This document shows positions 1-7,681 of a DNA stretch of 35,818 nt, one piece after another. A program made the translations under genes and the position numbers. This DNA comes from Clostridia bacterium (GTDB taxonomy: Bacteria; Bacillota; Clostridia; Oscillospirales; CAG-272): assembly GCA_017958705.1 (NCBI GenBank), contig JAGDCE010000208.1:1-35818 (forward strand), read 5' to 3'. Each line of letters begins with the position of its first letter. The stretch's first letter is position 1. The notes beneath the pieces were generated by a model. The model searched no databases. It was given only the letters and a program-made list of their open reading frames with translations, and was not told the DNA's origin.

Positions 1-2
1 AC

Positions 3-224
3 AACGGTAATTCATCGTCAAACCCCGGTGGAAACGGAACGAACAATCCTTATGATGACGGGAATCCGAGCGGTGTCGGAAGCAATTGTCCGATCTGCCA
101 TTTCTGCCCGCAGCCGCTTGGACTTTGTATCTTTATCTGGCTGCTGATAATACTTGTGGTGATAATCATTGTTGTAGTAATCATCGCTGCGTCCAAAAAG
201 AAGAAAAAGAAAGATAAGAACTGA
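3..224 (+). CDS. 3' end of a longer gene (5' partial): Asn/Gly/Pro-rich linker, Cys-rich motif, C-terminal transmembrane anchor and poly-Lys tail
   Basis: Frame 3 is open from the window edge to TGA at 222-224. It translates to NGNSSSNPGGNGTNNPYDDGNPSGVGSNCPICHFCPQPLGLCIFIWLLIILVVIIIVVVIIAASKKKKKKDKN. It is absent from the ORF track because it has no start in the window. The next gene's SD follows about 30 nt downstream. The opposite-strand ORF 18..248 has no SD. Confidence 0.55.
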   Translation, partial: NGNSSSNPGGNGTNNPYDDGNPSGVGSNCPICHFCPQPLGLCIFIWLLIILVVIIIVVVIIAASKKKKKKDKN

Positions 225-265
225 AATCAAACAGTTGACACAAATCATAATGATGGAGGGTGGGC

Positions 266-1078
266 ATGAAGAAAATTAGATTTATATCCATAATAGCAGT
301 TGTTCTTATGGCAGGTATTGTCTTGTCAAGCTGCTCGGCCCTGCAAGATGTTCTCAATTTCCTTCAGTCTGTAGAAGAGGCTCTTCCAACCGATTCCGGC
401 GAGGGCAATACTCTCGGTGAACATCCCGATGTTGTCGAAAGGGATGAAAACGGGCACGTCATAAAGCTCAAACACTATGACGGCGACGGCAACCTAGTCT
501 TTGTTCACACACAGAGGTGGGAAAACGACCGCATAGTCAATAAGACGAGTTTTGACAGCAAGGGCAATCAGACCGGTTCCATTGATTACGAATACGACGA
601 TCACGGGAATTGCACGGTAATGTCGTGGTTTTTCTGGAACTCCGGCCCTCTTATGAGAGTCGAGAGAAAATTTGACGAATACGACCGGTTGATCGAGGAT
701 ATCGGCTTTGGAACCAAAACCGTTTCGACCAACAGGACGACGTTCGAATATGATGACAAGAACGGAGAACACCCGAAGAACTACATCAAAAAAGTATACT
801 ATCCAAACTGGGAGAATCAGCCGAACCGATACAGCATATCAACTCTTGAATATGATTCGGGCGGTTTGCTGACAAAAATCACCACCGTGAATCAGGATAA
901 TGATCTTGTCGGATATGATATTTATCCGCACGAGAACGGTACGCCGATGGGCTATACAAGCTATGATGCCGACGGAAAAGTTAAATTCTCTTATAAATAC
1001 ATTTATGATGAGGATGGCAAAAAGATAAGAGAAGAGCGGTACGACGGCAACGGAAATCTTGAAGGAATTGATTACTGA
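266..1078 (+). CDS. Small YD/RHS-repeat lipoprotein
   Basis: GGAGG at 255-259 lies 6 nt before ATG 266 (the ORF-track GTG 260 has no spacing). Signal peptide with lipobox VLSSC. Repeated YD-type units: YEYDDHGN, FEYDD, LEYDSGGLLTKI, YIYDEDGKKIREERYDGNGNL. Confidence 0.75.
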   Translation: MKKIRFISIIAVVLMAGIVLSSCSALQDVLNFLQSVEEALPTDSGEGNTLGEHPDVVERDENGHVIKLKHYDGDGNLVFVHTQRWENDRIVNKTSFDSKGNQTGSIDYEYDDHGNCTVMSWFFWNSGPLMRVERKFDEYDRLIEDIGFGTKTVSTNRTTFEYDDKNGEHPKNYIKKVYYPNWENQPNRYSISTLEYDSGGLLTKITTVNQDNDLVGYDIYPHENGTPMGYTSYDADGKVKFSYKYIYDEDGKKIREERYDGNGNLEGIDY

Positions 1079-1260
1079 TCAGCTTCGTAGTTTTTGGTGA
1101 CCTCGACATTTCTGCCGGGGTCATCTTTTTATCTTTTTGCCACCGCTCCCGCGAGATTGACCGACATGGTCGTGTTGTGTACAGCGTTGGAAAAGTGCAC
1201 TTTAACGCTGGTATCGAGCCCATAATGCTTTGCAAAATCCGAGACCACGTCCTTCTGCCA

Positions 1261-1292
1261 GAAAAATCCTCGTCTTCAGACGAGGATTTTTC
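1261..1292. terminator. Perfect 14-bp stem / 4-nt loop hairpin, candidate bidirectional intrinsic terminator
   Basis: gaaaaatcctcgtc-ttca-gacgaggatttttc. A GC core (cctcgtc/gacgagg) is flanked by an A-tract and a T-tract, so it reads as hairpin plus U-run on either strand. Confidence 0.6.
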
Positions 1293-1440
1293 AACTAAAT
1301 CGACCCTACGGGTGGGATAAATCGGCTGGCGCCGATGAAATCCGCCTCGACTGCGGGTGGGTGGATTTAATTTCACCGTGAGCAAAGCGAACGATTTCAT
1401 CTGAGCACAGCGAAGATTTCATCGCGCAGCGATTTCATCG
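1293..1440 (-). repeat. Degenerate tandem intergenic repeat array (GATTTCATC-type 9-mers plus short GC dyads)
   Basis: Exact GATTTCATC at 1393-1401, 1415-1423 and 1431-1439. Its exact reverse complement GATGAAATC is at 1334-1342. Related units occur at about 1296, 1314 and 1369. The minus strand of 1378-1401 matches 35736-35759 at 20/24 positions. Confidence 0.55.
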
Positions 1441-1578
1441 TTTGTTACATAGTCTATAATAAATATGATGCTCCGCACTCTCGCGGACTTTTCTTTTCCG
1501 TTTTCCGTTCCGACTTTGTAGAATTCTTCACATTTTGATGATAAAATATCAGCATCAAAACAGTGCGAGGAGGTCCAT

Positions 1579-2325
1579 ATGGAATATATAAAAGTGACGA
1601 AAGATAATCTGGAGAACGAGCATATTTGCTGCGCGATCTCGAATAATAATGACGTTCAGGTGTCGTCGAAAAAAGCGTGGCTGTCCGGACGGTTCGAAGA
1701 CGGGCTCGTCTTTTTAAAAAGTGCGGAACGCGGAAAATGCTTCATTGAATATATACCGGCGGAAAATGCGTGGAACCCGATCGACGCGCCTGGATATTTA
1801 TATATCGACTGCCTGTGGGTGTCCGGCTCGTTCAAGGGTCACGGCTATTCAAACGATCTGCTCGGAGAGTGTATAAAAGACGGCAAAAGCAGCGGAAAAT
1901 CCGGATTGTGCATTCTGTCGTCTTCAAAGAAAAAACCGTTTCTCGCCGACCCGAAATACTTGAAATACAAAGGATTCGAGGTCTGCGATGAGGCGGATAA
2001 CGGGATACAGCTCTGGTATCTGCCATTCAGTTCGGGCGCCGTAAAGCCTTCGTTCAAAGAATGCGCGAAGCATCCGCACACCGATATTCCGGGCTACGTT
2101 CTGTATTACACTCATCAGTGCCCTTTCAACGCCAAATACGTGCCGATAGTCGAGCAAACCGCAAAGGATCACGGCGTGCCTTTCCGCGCGATCCTTCTCT
2201 CGAACAAAGAAGAAGCGCAGAACGCGCCTACGCCGATAACGACGTACGCGCTGTTCTGCGACGGCAAATATCTGACGAACGAGCAAATGAACGACACTAA
2301 ATTTCTGAAGCTGCTTTCACTTTAA
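1579..2325 (+). CDS. GNAT-type N-acetyltransferase with C-terminal YoaP-like domain
   Basis: SD GAGGAGG lies upstream of the ATG. The acetyltransferase-like core is LWVSGSFKGHGYSNDLL. The C-terminal YYTHQCPFNAKYVP...ALFCDGKYL resembles the YoaP domain. Confidence 0.75.
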   Translation: MEYIKVTKDNLENEHICCAISNNNDVQVSSKKAWLSGRFEDGLVFLKSAERGKCFIEYIPAENAWNPIDAPGYLYIDCLWVSGSFKGHGYSNDLLGECIKDGKSSGKSGLCILSSSKKKPFLADPKYLKYKGFEVCDEADNGIQLWYLPFSSGAVKPSFKECAKHPHTDIPGYVLYYTHQCPFNAKYVPIVEQTAKDHGVPFRAILLSNKEEAQNAPTPITTYALFCDGKYLTNEQMNDTKFLKLLSL

Positions 2326-2341
2326 ACAAGGAGATCCCGGC

Positions 2342-3088
2342 ATGGATTATACGGAAATAAATTCAAAGACCATTGACCGCTGGGTCGACGAGGGCTGGGA
2401 ATGGGGCGTTCCGATCTCTCACGAGACTTACGTCAAGGCGCTTGACGGCGAATGGGACGTTTTTTTGACGCCGACGAAGCCCGTTCCGCACGAATGGTTC
2501 GGCGATCTGCGCGGAAAAACCGTGCTCGGGCTGGCGTCGGGCGGCGGTCAGCAGATGCCGGTGTTCTCCGCCCTCGGCGCCGTATGCACCGTGCTCGATT
2601 ATTCAGACAGACAGCTTGAATCCGAAAAGCTCGTCGCGCGGCGCGAGGGGTACTCGATCAACATTGTCAAAGCCGACATGACAAAGCGACTGCCTTTTGA
2701 AGACGGTTGCTTCGATCTTATCTTCCACCCCGTCTCAAACGACTATATAAAAGACGTAAATCACGTTTTCCGGGAATGCTTCAGAGTGCTGAAAAAAGGC
2801 GGCGTACTTCTTTGCGGTCTGAGCAACGGTGTGAATTTCATTGTGAACGACGACGAGACCGCGATCGAAAACAAGATGCCGTTCGATCCGCTCGAAAACC
2901 CGGCGTATATGAAACAGCTTCAGGACGACGACAGCGGCGTCCAGTTCTCGCATACGGTATCGGAGCAGCTTGGAGGTCAGCTCGAGGCCGGCTTCACCCT
3001 GACCGGTATTTTCGGAGACACGAACGGCGAAGGCCGCCTGCACGATTTGAACATCGAGACGTTTTACGTAACGAGAGCGATAAAATAG
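2342..3088 (+). CDS. Class I SAM-dependent methyltransferase
   Basis: SD AAGGAG. Motif I is VLGLASGGGQQ, with an acidic loop at VLDYS. The post-I region FDLIF...VFRECFRVLKKGGVL is typical of Methyltransf_11/25. The gene ends with TAG at 3086-3088. Confidence 0.85.
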   Translation: MDYTEINSKTIDRWVDEGWEWGVPISHETYVKALDGEWDVFLTPTKPVPHEWFGDLRGKTVLGLASGGGQQMPVFSALGAVCTVLDYSDRQLESEKLVARREGYSINIVKADMTKRLPFEDGCFDLIFHPVSNDYIKDVNHVFRECFRVLKKGGVLLCGLSNGVNFIVNDDETAIENKMPFDPLENPAYMKQLQDDDSGVQFSHTVSEQLGGQLEAGFTLTGIFGDTNGEGRLHDLNIETFYVTRAIK

Positions 3089-3098
3089 TTTTCCCCTG

Positions 3099-3128
3099 TT
3101 GACAACGCAAGCCTTATTGTGATATAAT
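3099..3128 (+). promoter_or_regulatory. Sigma-A type promoter with extended -10
   Basis: TTGACA (3099-3104), an 18-nt spacer ending in TGa, then TATAAT (3123-3128). It lies about 30 nt upstream of the lipoprotein gene SD GGGAGG. Confidence 0.6.
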
Positions 3129-3160
3129 CAGAATAACAATAAATACGGGAGGTCATTGTG

Positions 3161-5218
3161 ATGAGGATGATGCGTCTGCTCGCGTTGATCGTCGCGTGTC
3201 TTACGGTGCTTCCGCTGTGTTTCGCCTCATGTGAAACACAACCCGCCGGGCCATCTGATACGGAAGACGTACAGACTACCGGGGCGCCTGGCACGGAACC
3301 CGAAACCGTTACCGACGCGGAAACGGAAGACCCGCACGCAAACGATTTCAACTACGGCAAAGTCAAATATGAAAAGATAACGACGGACCTGAGCGTCAAG
3401 GAATACCCGGACGATCTGGTCGGCAAGGTCGCGTCAGGCGGCTCAGACGGCGTCGTGACGCTGTTCAGCTCGGATTTCTCCGACGGCGACCAGAACTGCG
3501 GCGGCAAAGCCGTCTCGCGTCAGGACACGAGCGCGGGCGTCGTTGACGGTGTGATGTACATCCCGTTCTCCGATACCGCGGAAAATCACCTGTCCGGCGG
3601 CTGGACGACGTGGGCGCCCGACGTCAACGTTGATTACAAAGAATACAAGCAGTCGCAGCTTTGCGCAGATCTGACGTTTTACTCCGCGAGCGGCAACGCG
3701 TGGATGAGCGGATTCATCGGTTGTTACGTAAGCGATTACACGTTCAAGATCCCGGACAACCCGGGCGACGGCGTATGGCTGTCGTTCAACGAGGTCGCCG
3801 GAGCGATCAACGTGTTTGCCGCCGACGGCGCGAACTGGAAATGGCCCGCCGGAAACGTCGCGGTCCCGGTAGACAAGGCGCTTATGACCGGCAAGGTCAG
3901 GCTTAACGTGATTTGCACGGCCGACAGACAGATATACGTTTATCTCGGCGATGCGTGCGCCGCTCACATAGTGTGCGAGACCGGAAAGGTTACGGTATAT
4001 AACGGCGCGGGCGATGCGGTATACAGCGGTGATTTTGATATGAATTCCGTATCCGGCGGACATTACAGCGTGTTCTGCCACGGAGGCGGAGGATTCGGAG
4101 TTGATGAAATGGCGATATACGGATGCTCGGTCGGCATTGATAAGATCGAAACGAAAATTGTCGCGACACCCGTCGGCGACAATTCTCTCGGATACGATAT
4201 AACCGATAAAAATGACGTTATCGGTATCTGCTACACGATGTGGTTCAACGCGATCCACGGCGACGGCGAAGGCAAGATCGAAAATGCGTTAAACGTTACC
4301 GAGCTCAAGGAGAAATACGGATTCTCGACTGAATACGGTTTCGGTACCGCAACCGAACAGCACAACGCCGTGCCCGCGTTTCACTACTGGGCTAAGCCGG
4401 CGCAGGGTTATTACAGAAGCACCGACAAGGACGCGATAAGGAACAACATGACGTTGCTCTATAACGCCGGCGTCGACTTCATAATCCTCGATTACACGTA
4501 TGCCACATCGCCCGGATACGATCCCGGATCGTCGACCTGGTCGAGTTATATATACAAACCGTCCGTTGCTCTGCTTGACACGATTATGGAAATGAGAGCC
4601 GAAGGACTCGGCACTCCGTACGTCGTTTACTGGATGGGCAACGAGAACATGTTCGACCACATTTACAACAATTTCATGGGAGTTGAAAAGTGGAAGGACT
4701 GCTTCGTTTACTGGGACGGCAAGCCGTTCATTATGAACTGGGCTTATAACAAGAAATACAAAACTGACGCCTACACCGTGCGCAGTATGTACGGTCTGAG
4801 AGGCTCCGTCAAAATCACGCAGTGGAGCTATCTCGAGGTTGACAACTCGAAGACGATCAGCAAGAACAGAGCCGGCGATCCCGAACACGTATCGGTATGC
4901 GTCGCGACGCAGGAGACTTATATGTCCCTTTCGACCGCGCACGGCAGAGACGGCGGCAGATTCTGGAACAGGCAGTGGCAGACGGCGTTTGAGGTGCATC
5001 CGAAGATCGTCACGGTCACGTGGTGGAACGAATGGTGCGCGCAGCTGTACAAAGTCGACGGAGTCGGCTACATTTTCACCGACAACTTCGACATCGAGCA
5101 CAGCCGCGATATAGAGCCTATGGAAGGCGGCCACGGCGATCAGTACTATAAATGGTTGTGTGAATATATAAGAGCGTACAGAGCCGGCGAGCCCTGCCCC
5201 GATCTTACTGAAAAATAA
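3161..5218 (+). CDS. Large secreted lipoprotein of unknown function; C-terminal half possibly glycoside-hydrolase-like
   Basis: ATG 3161 is 8 nt after GGGAGG (GTG 3158 is an alternative). Signal peptide with lipobox CFASC, then a T/P/E/D-rich linker. The C-terminal part has alternating beta/alpha-like segments with DFIILDYTYA and VTWWNEWCAQ motifs. The functional call is weak. Confidence 0.8.
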   Translation: MRMMRLLALIVACLTVLPLCFASCETQPAGPSDTEDVQTTGAPGTEPETVTDAETEDPHANDFNYGKVKYEKITTDLSVKEYPDDLVGKVASGGSDGVVTLFSSDFSDGDQNCGGKAVSRQDTSAGVVDGVMYIPFSDTAENHLSGGWTTWAPDVNVDYKEYKQSQLCADLTFYSASGNAWMSGFIGCYVSDYTFKIPDNPGDGVWLSFNEVAGAINVFAADGANWKWPAGNVAVPVDKALMTGKVRLNVICTADRQIYVYLGDACAAHIVCETGKVTVYNGAGDAVYSGDFDMNSVSGGHYSVFCHGGGGFGVDEMAIYGCSVGIDKIETKIVATPVGDNSLGYDITDKNDVIGICYTMWFNAIHGDGEGKIENALNVTELKEKYGFSTEYGFGTATEQHNAVPAFHYWAKPAQGYYRSTDKDAIRNNMTLLYNAGVDFIILDYTYATSPGYDPGSSTWSSYIYKPSVALLDTIMEMRAEGLGTPYVVYWMGNENMFDHIYNNFMGVEKWKDCFVYWDGKPFIMNWAYNKKYKTDAYTVRSMYGLRGSVKITQWSYLEVDNSKTISKNRAGDPEHVSVCVATQETYMSLSTAHGRDGGRFWNRQWQTAFEVHPKIVTVTWWNEWCAQLYKVDGVGYIFTDNFDIEHSRDIEPMEGGHGDQYYKWLCEYIRAYRAGEPCPDLTEK

Positions 5219-5227
5219 ACGCAGAAC

Positions 5228-5261
5228 AAAAAAGAACACGGACGCTCCGTGTTCTTTTTTT
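5228..5261. terminator. Bidirectional intrinsic terminator between convergent genes
   Basis: aaaaaa-GAACACGGA-cgc-TCCGTGTTC-ttttttt. It sits between the stop at 5218 (+) and the stop at 5266 (-). Confidence 0.8.
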
Positions 5262-5265
5262 GCCT

Positions 5266-6354
5266 TTATCTGACGTATTTTCCGATGATCTCGTCCATCT
5301 GATCTTTCTTTGCGATCATATCGGCGGCGAGCGCTATCTGGCATCTGGTACGCACGAGATTGTGCTCCGGATAATTGAGCTTGAAATACTTGTCCCCGTC
5401 AAGATAATCGTCTAAGAAGCGGACGGCAAGCTCGACCGTCATGGTTATCGCGCCGAGCGAAAGCGTATCAAGCTCGTTTTTCGTTGCGGAATCGCGTATC
5501 ATTCCGACGAATCCGCGCGTGAACGCCTCGAATTTGATCATATCGAGCCCGGTCTTCGACGTATCCGGCTCGTCCTCGTCCGTAAAGTTCGCTCCGAACC
5601 TTATCGCATCGCCGAAGTCGTAGGCGACGAGCCCGGGCATGACCGTGTCAAGGTCTATGACGGCGAGCGTTTCGTTCGTATTTTTATCGAAAAGGATGTT
5701 GTTCCCTTTCGTGTCGTTATGCGTGACGCGAAGCGGAAGCTGTCCGGCTTCGAGCATATCGACAAGCGTTTCCGCCGTCTTTCTGTGTCTGCGCAGAAAT
5801 TCTATCTCCGGCAGAACGGAGGCGACTCTTCCGGCGGGATCCTTCTCTATCGTCTCGAAAAGATGCGCGTAACGCTTTTTCGTATCGTGGAACCCGGGGA
5901 TTATCTCATAAAGCGTCGAGGCGTCGTAATCCGAAAGAAGCAGTTGGAAACGACCGAAAGCGGCGCCGGCGGCTTCGAGCAGCGCCGGGTCGTCGAACGA
6001 ATCGTAAGTGACCGAATCCGGCACGAATCTGTAAGCGCGCCAGAAGCTGCCTTCACCGTCGATATAATAATTCTTTCCGTCTTCTGCGTCAAGAAAATGC
6101 AGGACGCCGCGCTCGCGCTGCTCTTCCGGCAGTGCGGCTTCAATGTGAGCCGTCACGCCTTTGACGTTAGACATTATGTACTCTGGCTTTTTGAACACGT
6201 ACGTGTTGATGTTCTGGATGATATAGCTTTCGGTTTTCCCTTCGTTTATGAAATCGACCTTATAGGTCTTGTTGATATTTCCGTTTTTCAATACCGTACA
6301 GGCAGAAAACTCACCCGCCAGTCCGAACACTTTGTAAATTCCGGTCAGATCCAT
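5266..6354 (-). CDS. APH-fold phosphotransferase, N-acetylhexosamine 1-kinase (NahK/AmgK/MdsC)-like
   Basis: ATG 6354 is preceded by GAAAGGA. The ORF-track start 6423 would overlap the upstream gene. Motifs: NINKTYKV (nucleotide lysine region), VTHNDTKGNNILFD (catalytic loop), VIDLDT (metal-binding D). Confidence 0.8.
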   Translation of the reverse strand: MDLTGIYKVFGLAGEFSACTVLKNGNINKTYKVDFINEGKTESYIIQNINTYVFKKPEYIMSNVKGVTAHIEAALPEEQRERGVLHFLDAEDGKNYYIDGEGSFWRAYRFVPDSVTYDSFDDPALLEAAGAAFGRFQLLLSDYDASTLYEIIPGFHDTKKRYAHLFETIEKDPAGRVASVLPEIEFLRRHRKTAETLVDMLEAGQLPLRVTHNDTKGNNILFDKNTNETLAVIDLDTVMPGLVAYDFGDAIRFGANFTDEDEPDTSKTGLDMIKFEAFTRGFVGMIRDSATKNELDTLSLGAITMTVELAVRFLDDYLDGDKYFKLNYPEHNLVRTRCQIALAADMIAKKDQMDEIIGKYVR

Positions 6355-6364
6355 GATAATCCTT

Positions 6365-7090
6365 TCATTCAGTCGTGATATTTTTATCGATCCTTTTATT
6401 GTATCTTTCTGTATTCGCTTCAACAGATGCGCGCAGATAAGACAGACGCGGGCTCTGCAGTTTTTTCAGCGCCTTATCGTAATCGGGCGCGCGTTTTCCG
6501 AGATCATGCGTATCCGTGCCGAGCACGAATTTAAGATCCGCGACTTCATATCCCTGAAACGGATCCGAGGCGAAAATGCCGCGGAACGCCTCGCAGTTTA
6601 TTTGAAAAGTCAGATCTGCGTAATCGAACAGACTGTTGCAGACGTCCTTTTTATACGCAGCGGTGACTCTGTTCACGTGCGCGATCATCAGCTTCATTTT
6701 CCGCTCGAAAAGCAGCGTTTCGATAAGATCGAACATCCAAACCCCGAACGGTTCGCGCGGGAATTCGATCATGACGGTATCCGTGTACTGAAGCTCCAGA
6801 CCTTCGAAGTCGCATTCGCCTATTCCCCGCGCCATATATATCTCGGAGCCGAAAAACACCTCGGGCATGGTTTCCTTGTCGTACACCTGCAGAAGTTTTT
6901 CATACGCTTCGTCGCGGCGTTTGATGAACCGCTCCTTCGATTCGCGTCTGAAATCGAAATGAGAAGTCAGAAAAACGCGGTCGACTCCCTGCTTTTTCAA
7001 CCGTACGAGCTGCCCGGCGGACACCTGCACGTCGATTGCGCCGTCATCCATACCGGGCAGTATATGGCTGTGAAAATCTATGTTTTTCAC
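6365..7090 (-). CDS. CpsB/YwqE-type PHP-domain metal-dependent phosphoesterase (protein-tyrosine phosphatase family)
   Basis: N-terminal IDFHSHILPGMDDGA signature, a later SHFD, and C-terminal GTDTHD. The GTG start at 7090 overlaps the upstream TGA (GTGA). Confidence 0.8.
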   Translation of the reverse strand: MKNIDFHSHILPGMDDGAIDVQVSAGQLVRLKKQGVDRVFLTSHFDFRRESKERFIKRRDEAYEKLLQVYDKETMPEVFFGSEIYMARGIGECDFEGLELQYTDTVMIEFPREPFGVWMFDLIETLLFERKMKLMIAHVNRVTAAYKKDVCNSLFDYADLTFQINCEAFRGIFASDPFQGYEVADLKFVLGTDTHDLGKRAPDYDKALKKLQSPRLSYLRASVEANTERYNKRIDKNITTE

Positions 7091-7368
7091 TTCTGCTCAG
7101 ACTCCGTGTCAAGAAGTCCGGCGCCGCGCAGCTCCGCGACGAAAGCCGCGACGTCGGCGTCAGCCGTCTGCTTATCTATATCATATTCGCCGGTCAGTGC
7201 CGCAGAAAGCGCCGCCTCGTCGGTCTCGGAAAGAAGCTTTGAGAAAAGTATCCTGCCGGTGCCGTTCAGTATAATCGGCTCGCTCTTATGATCGGCGTCG
7301 TGGCTCTCGGGGACCGCGTAGATCGTCCCGTTGAATTCTCTTATGACGTATTGCTGTTTAAGTTTCAT
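7087..7368 (-). CDS. PqqD-family (RiPP-recognition-element-like) small protein
   Basis: 93 aa. The pattern ...ILNGTGRILFSKLLSETDEAALSAALTGEYDIDKQTADADVAAFVAELRGAGLL matches the usual PqqD winged-helix layout. A strong AAGGAG SD lies 4 nt before the ATG. Confidence 0.65.
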   Translation of the reverse strand: MKLKQQYVIREFNGTIYAVPESHDADHKSEPIILNGTGRILFSKLLSETDEAALSAALTGEYDIDKQTADADVAAFVAELRGAGLLDTESEQK

Positions 7369-7369
7369 C

Positions 7370-7660
7370 TTACTCCTTGTTCGCCATGTCGAGCCAGACC
7401 ATACCGAGGTCGAACGCCTCGAAAAAGCCCTGTTTCACGGCGCTTTTCGGCGGCGTTTTGTCCGTCGGATCGGTGGGCATGATCTGGATCATCACCTTGT
7501 CGGGTATCGACATGCCGCGCACCGTTTTCATAGACATGATCGCCATGAAAAGCACGTACTTATCGCTCATGTTTCCGTAGCAGATAACGTTTTTTTCTCT
7601 TACGAGCGGTTTGCCGCGGTACATGAGATATTTTCCGTTCACTATCGGTTTGTCGTTCAT
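7370..7660 (-). CDS. Hypothetical 96-aa protein (ORF96)
   Basis: SD GGAAAGGAAG precedes ATG 7660. The gene is tightly sandwiched in the operon and has protein-like composition. I recognise no family. Confidence 0.6.
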   Translation of the reverse strand: MNDKPIVNGKYLMYRGKPLVREKNVICYGNMSDKYVLFMAIMSMKTVRGMSIPDKVMIQIMPTDPTDKTPPKSAVKQGFFEAFDLGMVWLDMANKE

Positions 7661-7681
7661 TTATCTTCCTTTCCGGCGGCT

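Noticed and set aside
18-248. Minus-strand 76-aa ORF from the ORF track
   Set aside because: It has no SD upstream. Its hydrophobic start is the mirror image of the TM helix encoded on the plus strand. The plus frame is open to the window edge and gives a coherent linker/Cys-motif/TM/poly-Lys tail, so this is treated as a shadow ORF.
981-1400. Minus-strand 139-aa ORF spanning the intergenic region
   Set aside because: It runs through the 14-bp hairpin and the tandem repeat array and overlaps the end of the lipoprotein gene. Its composition is Arg/Ser/Pro-rich with no SD. It is most likely an artefact of repeats lacking stops in that frame.
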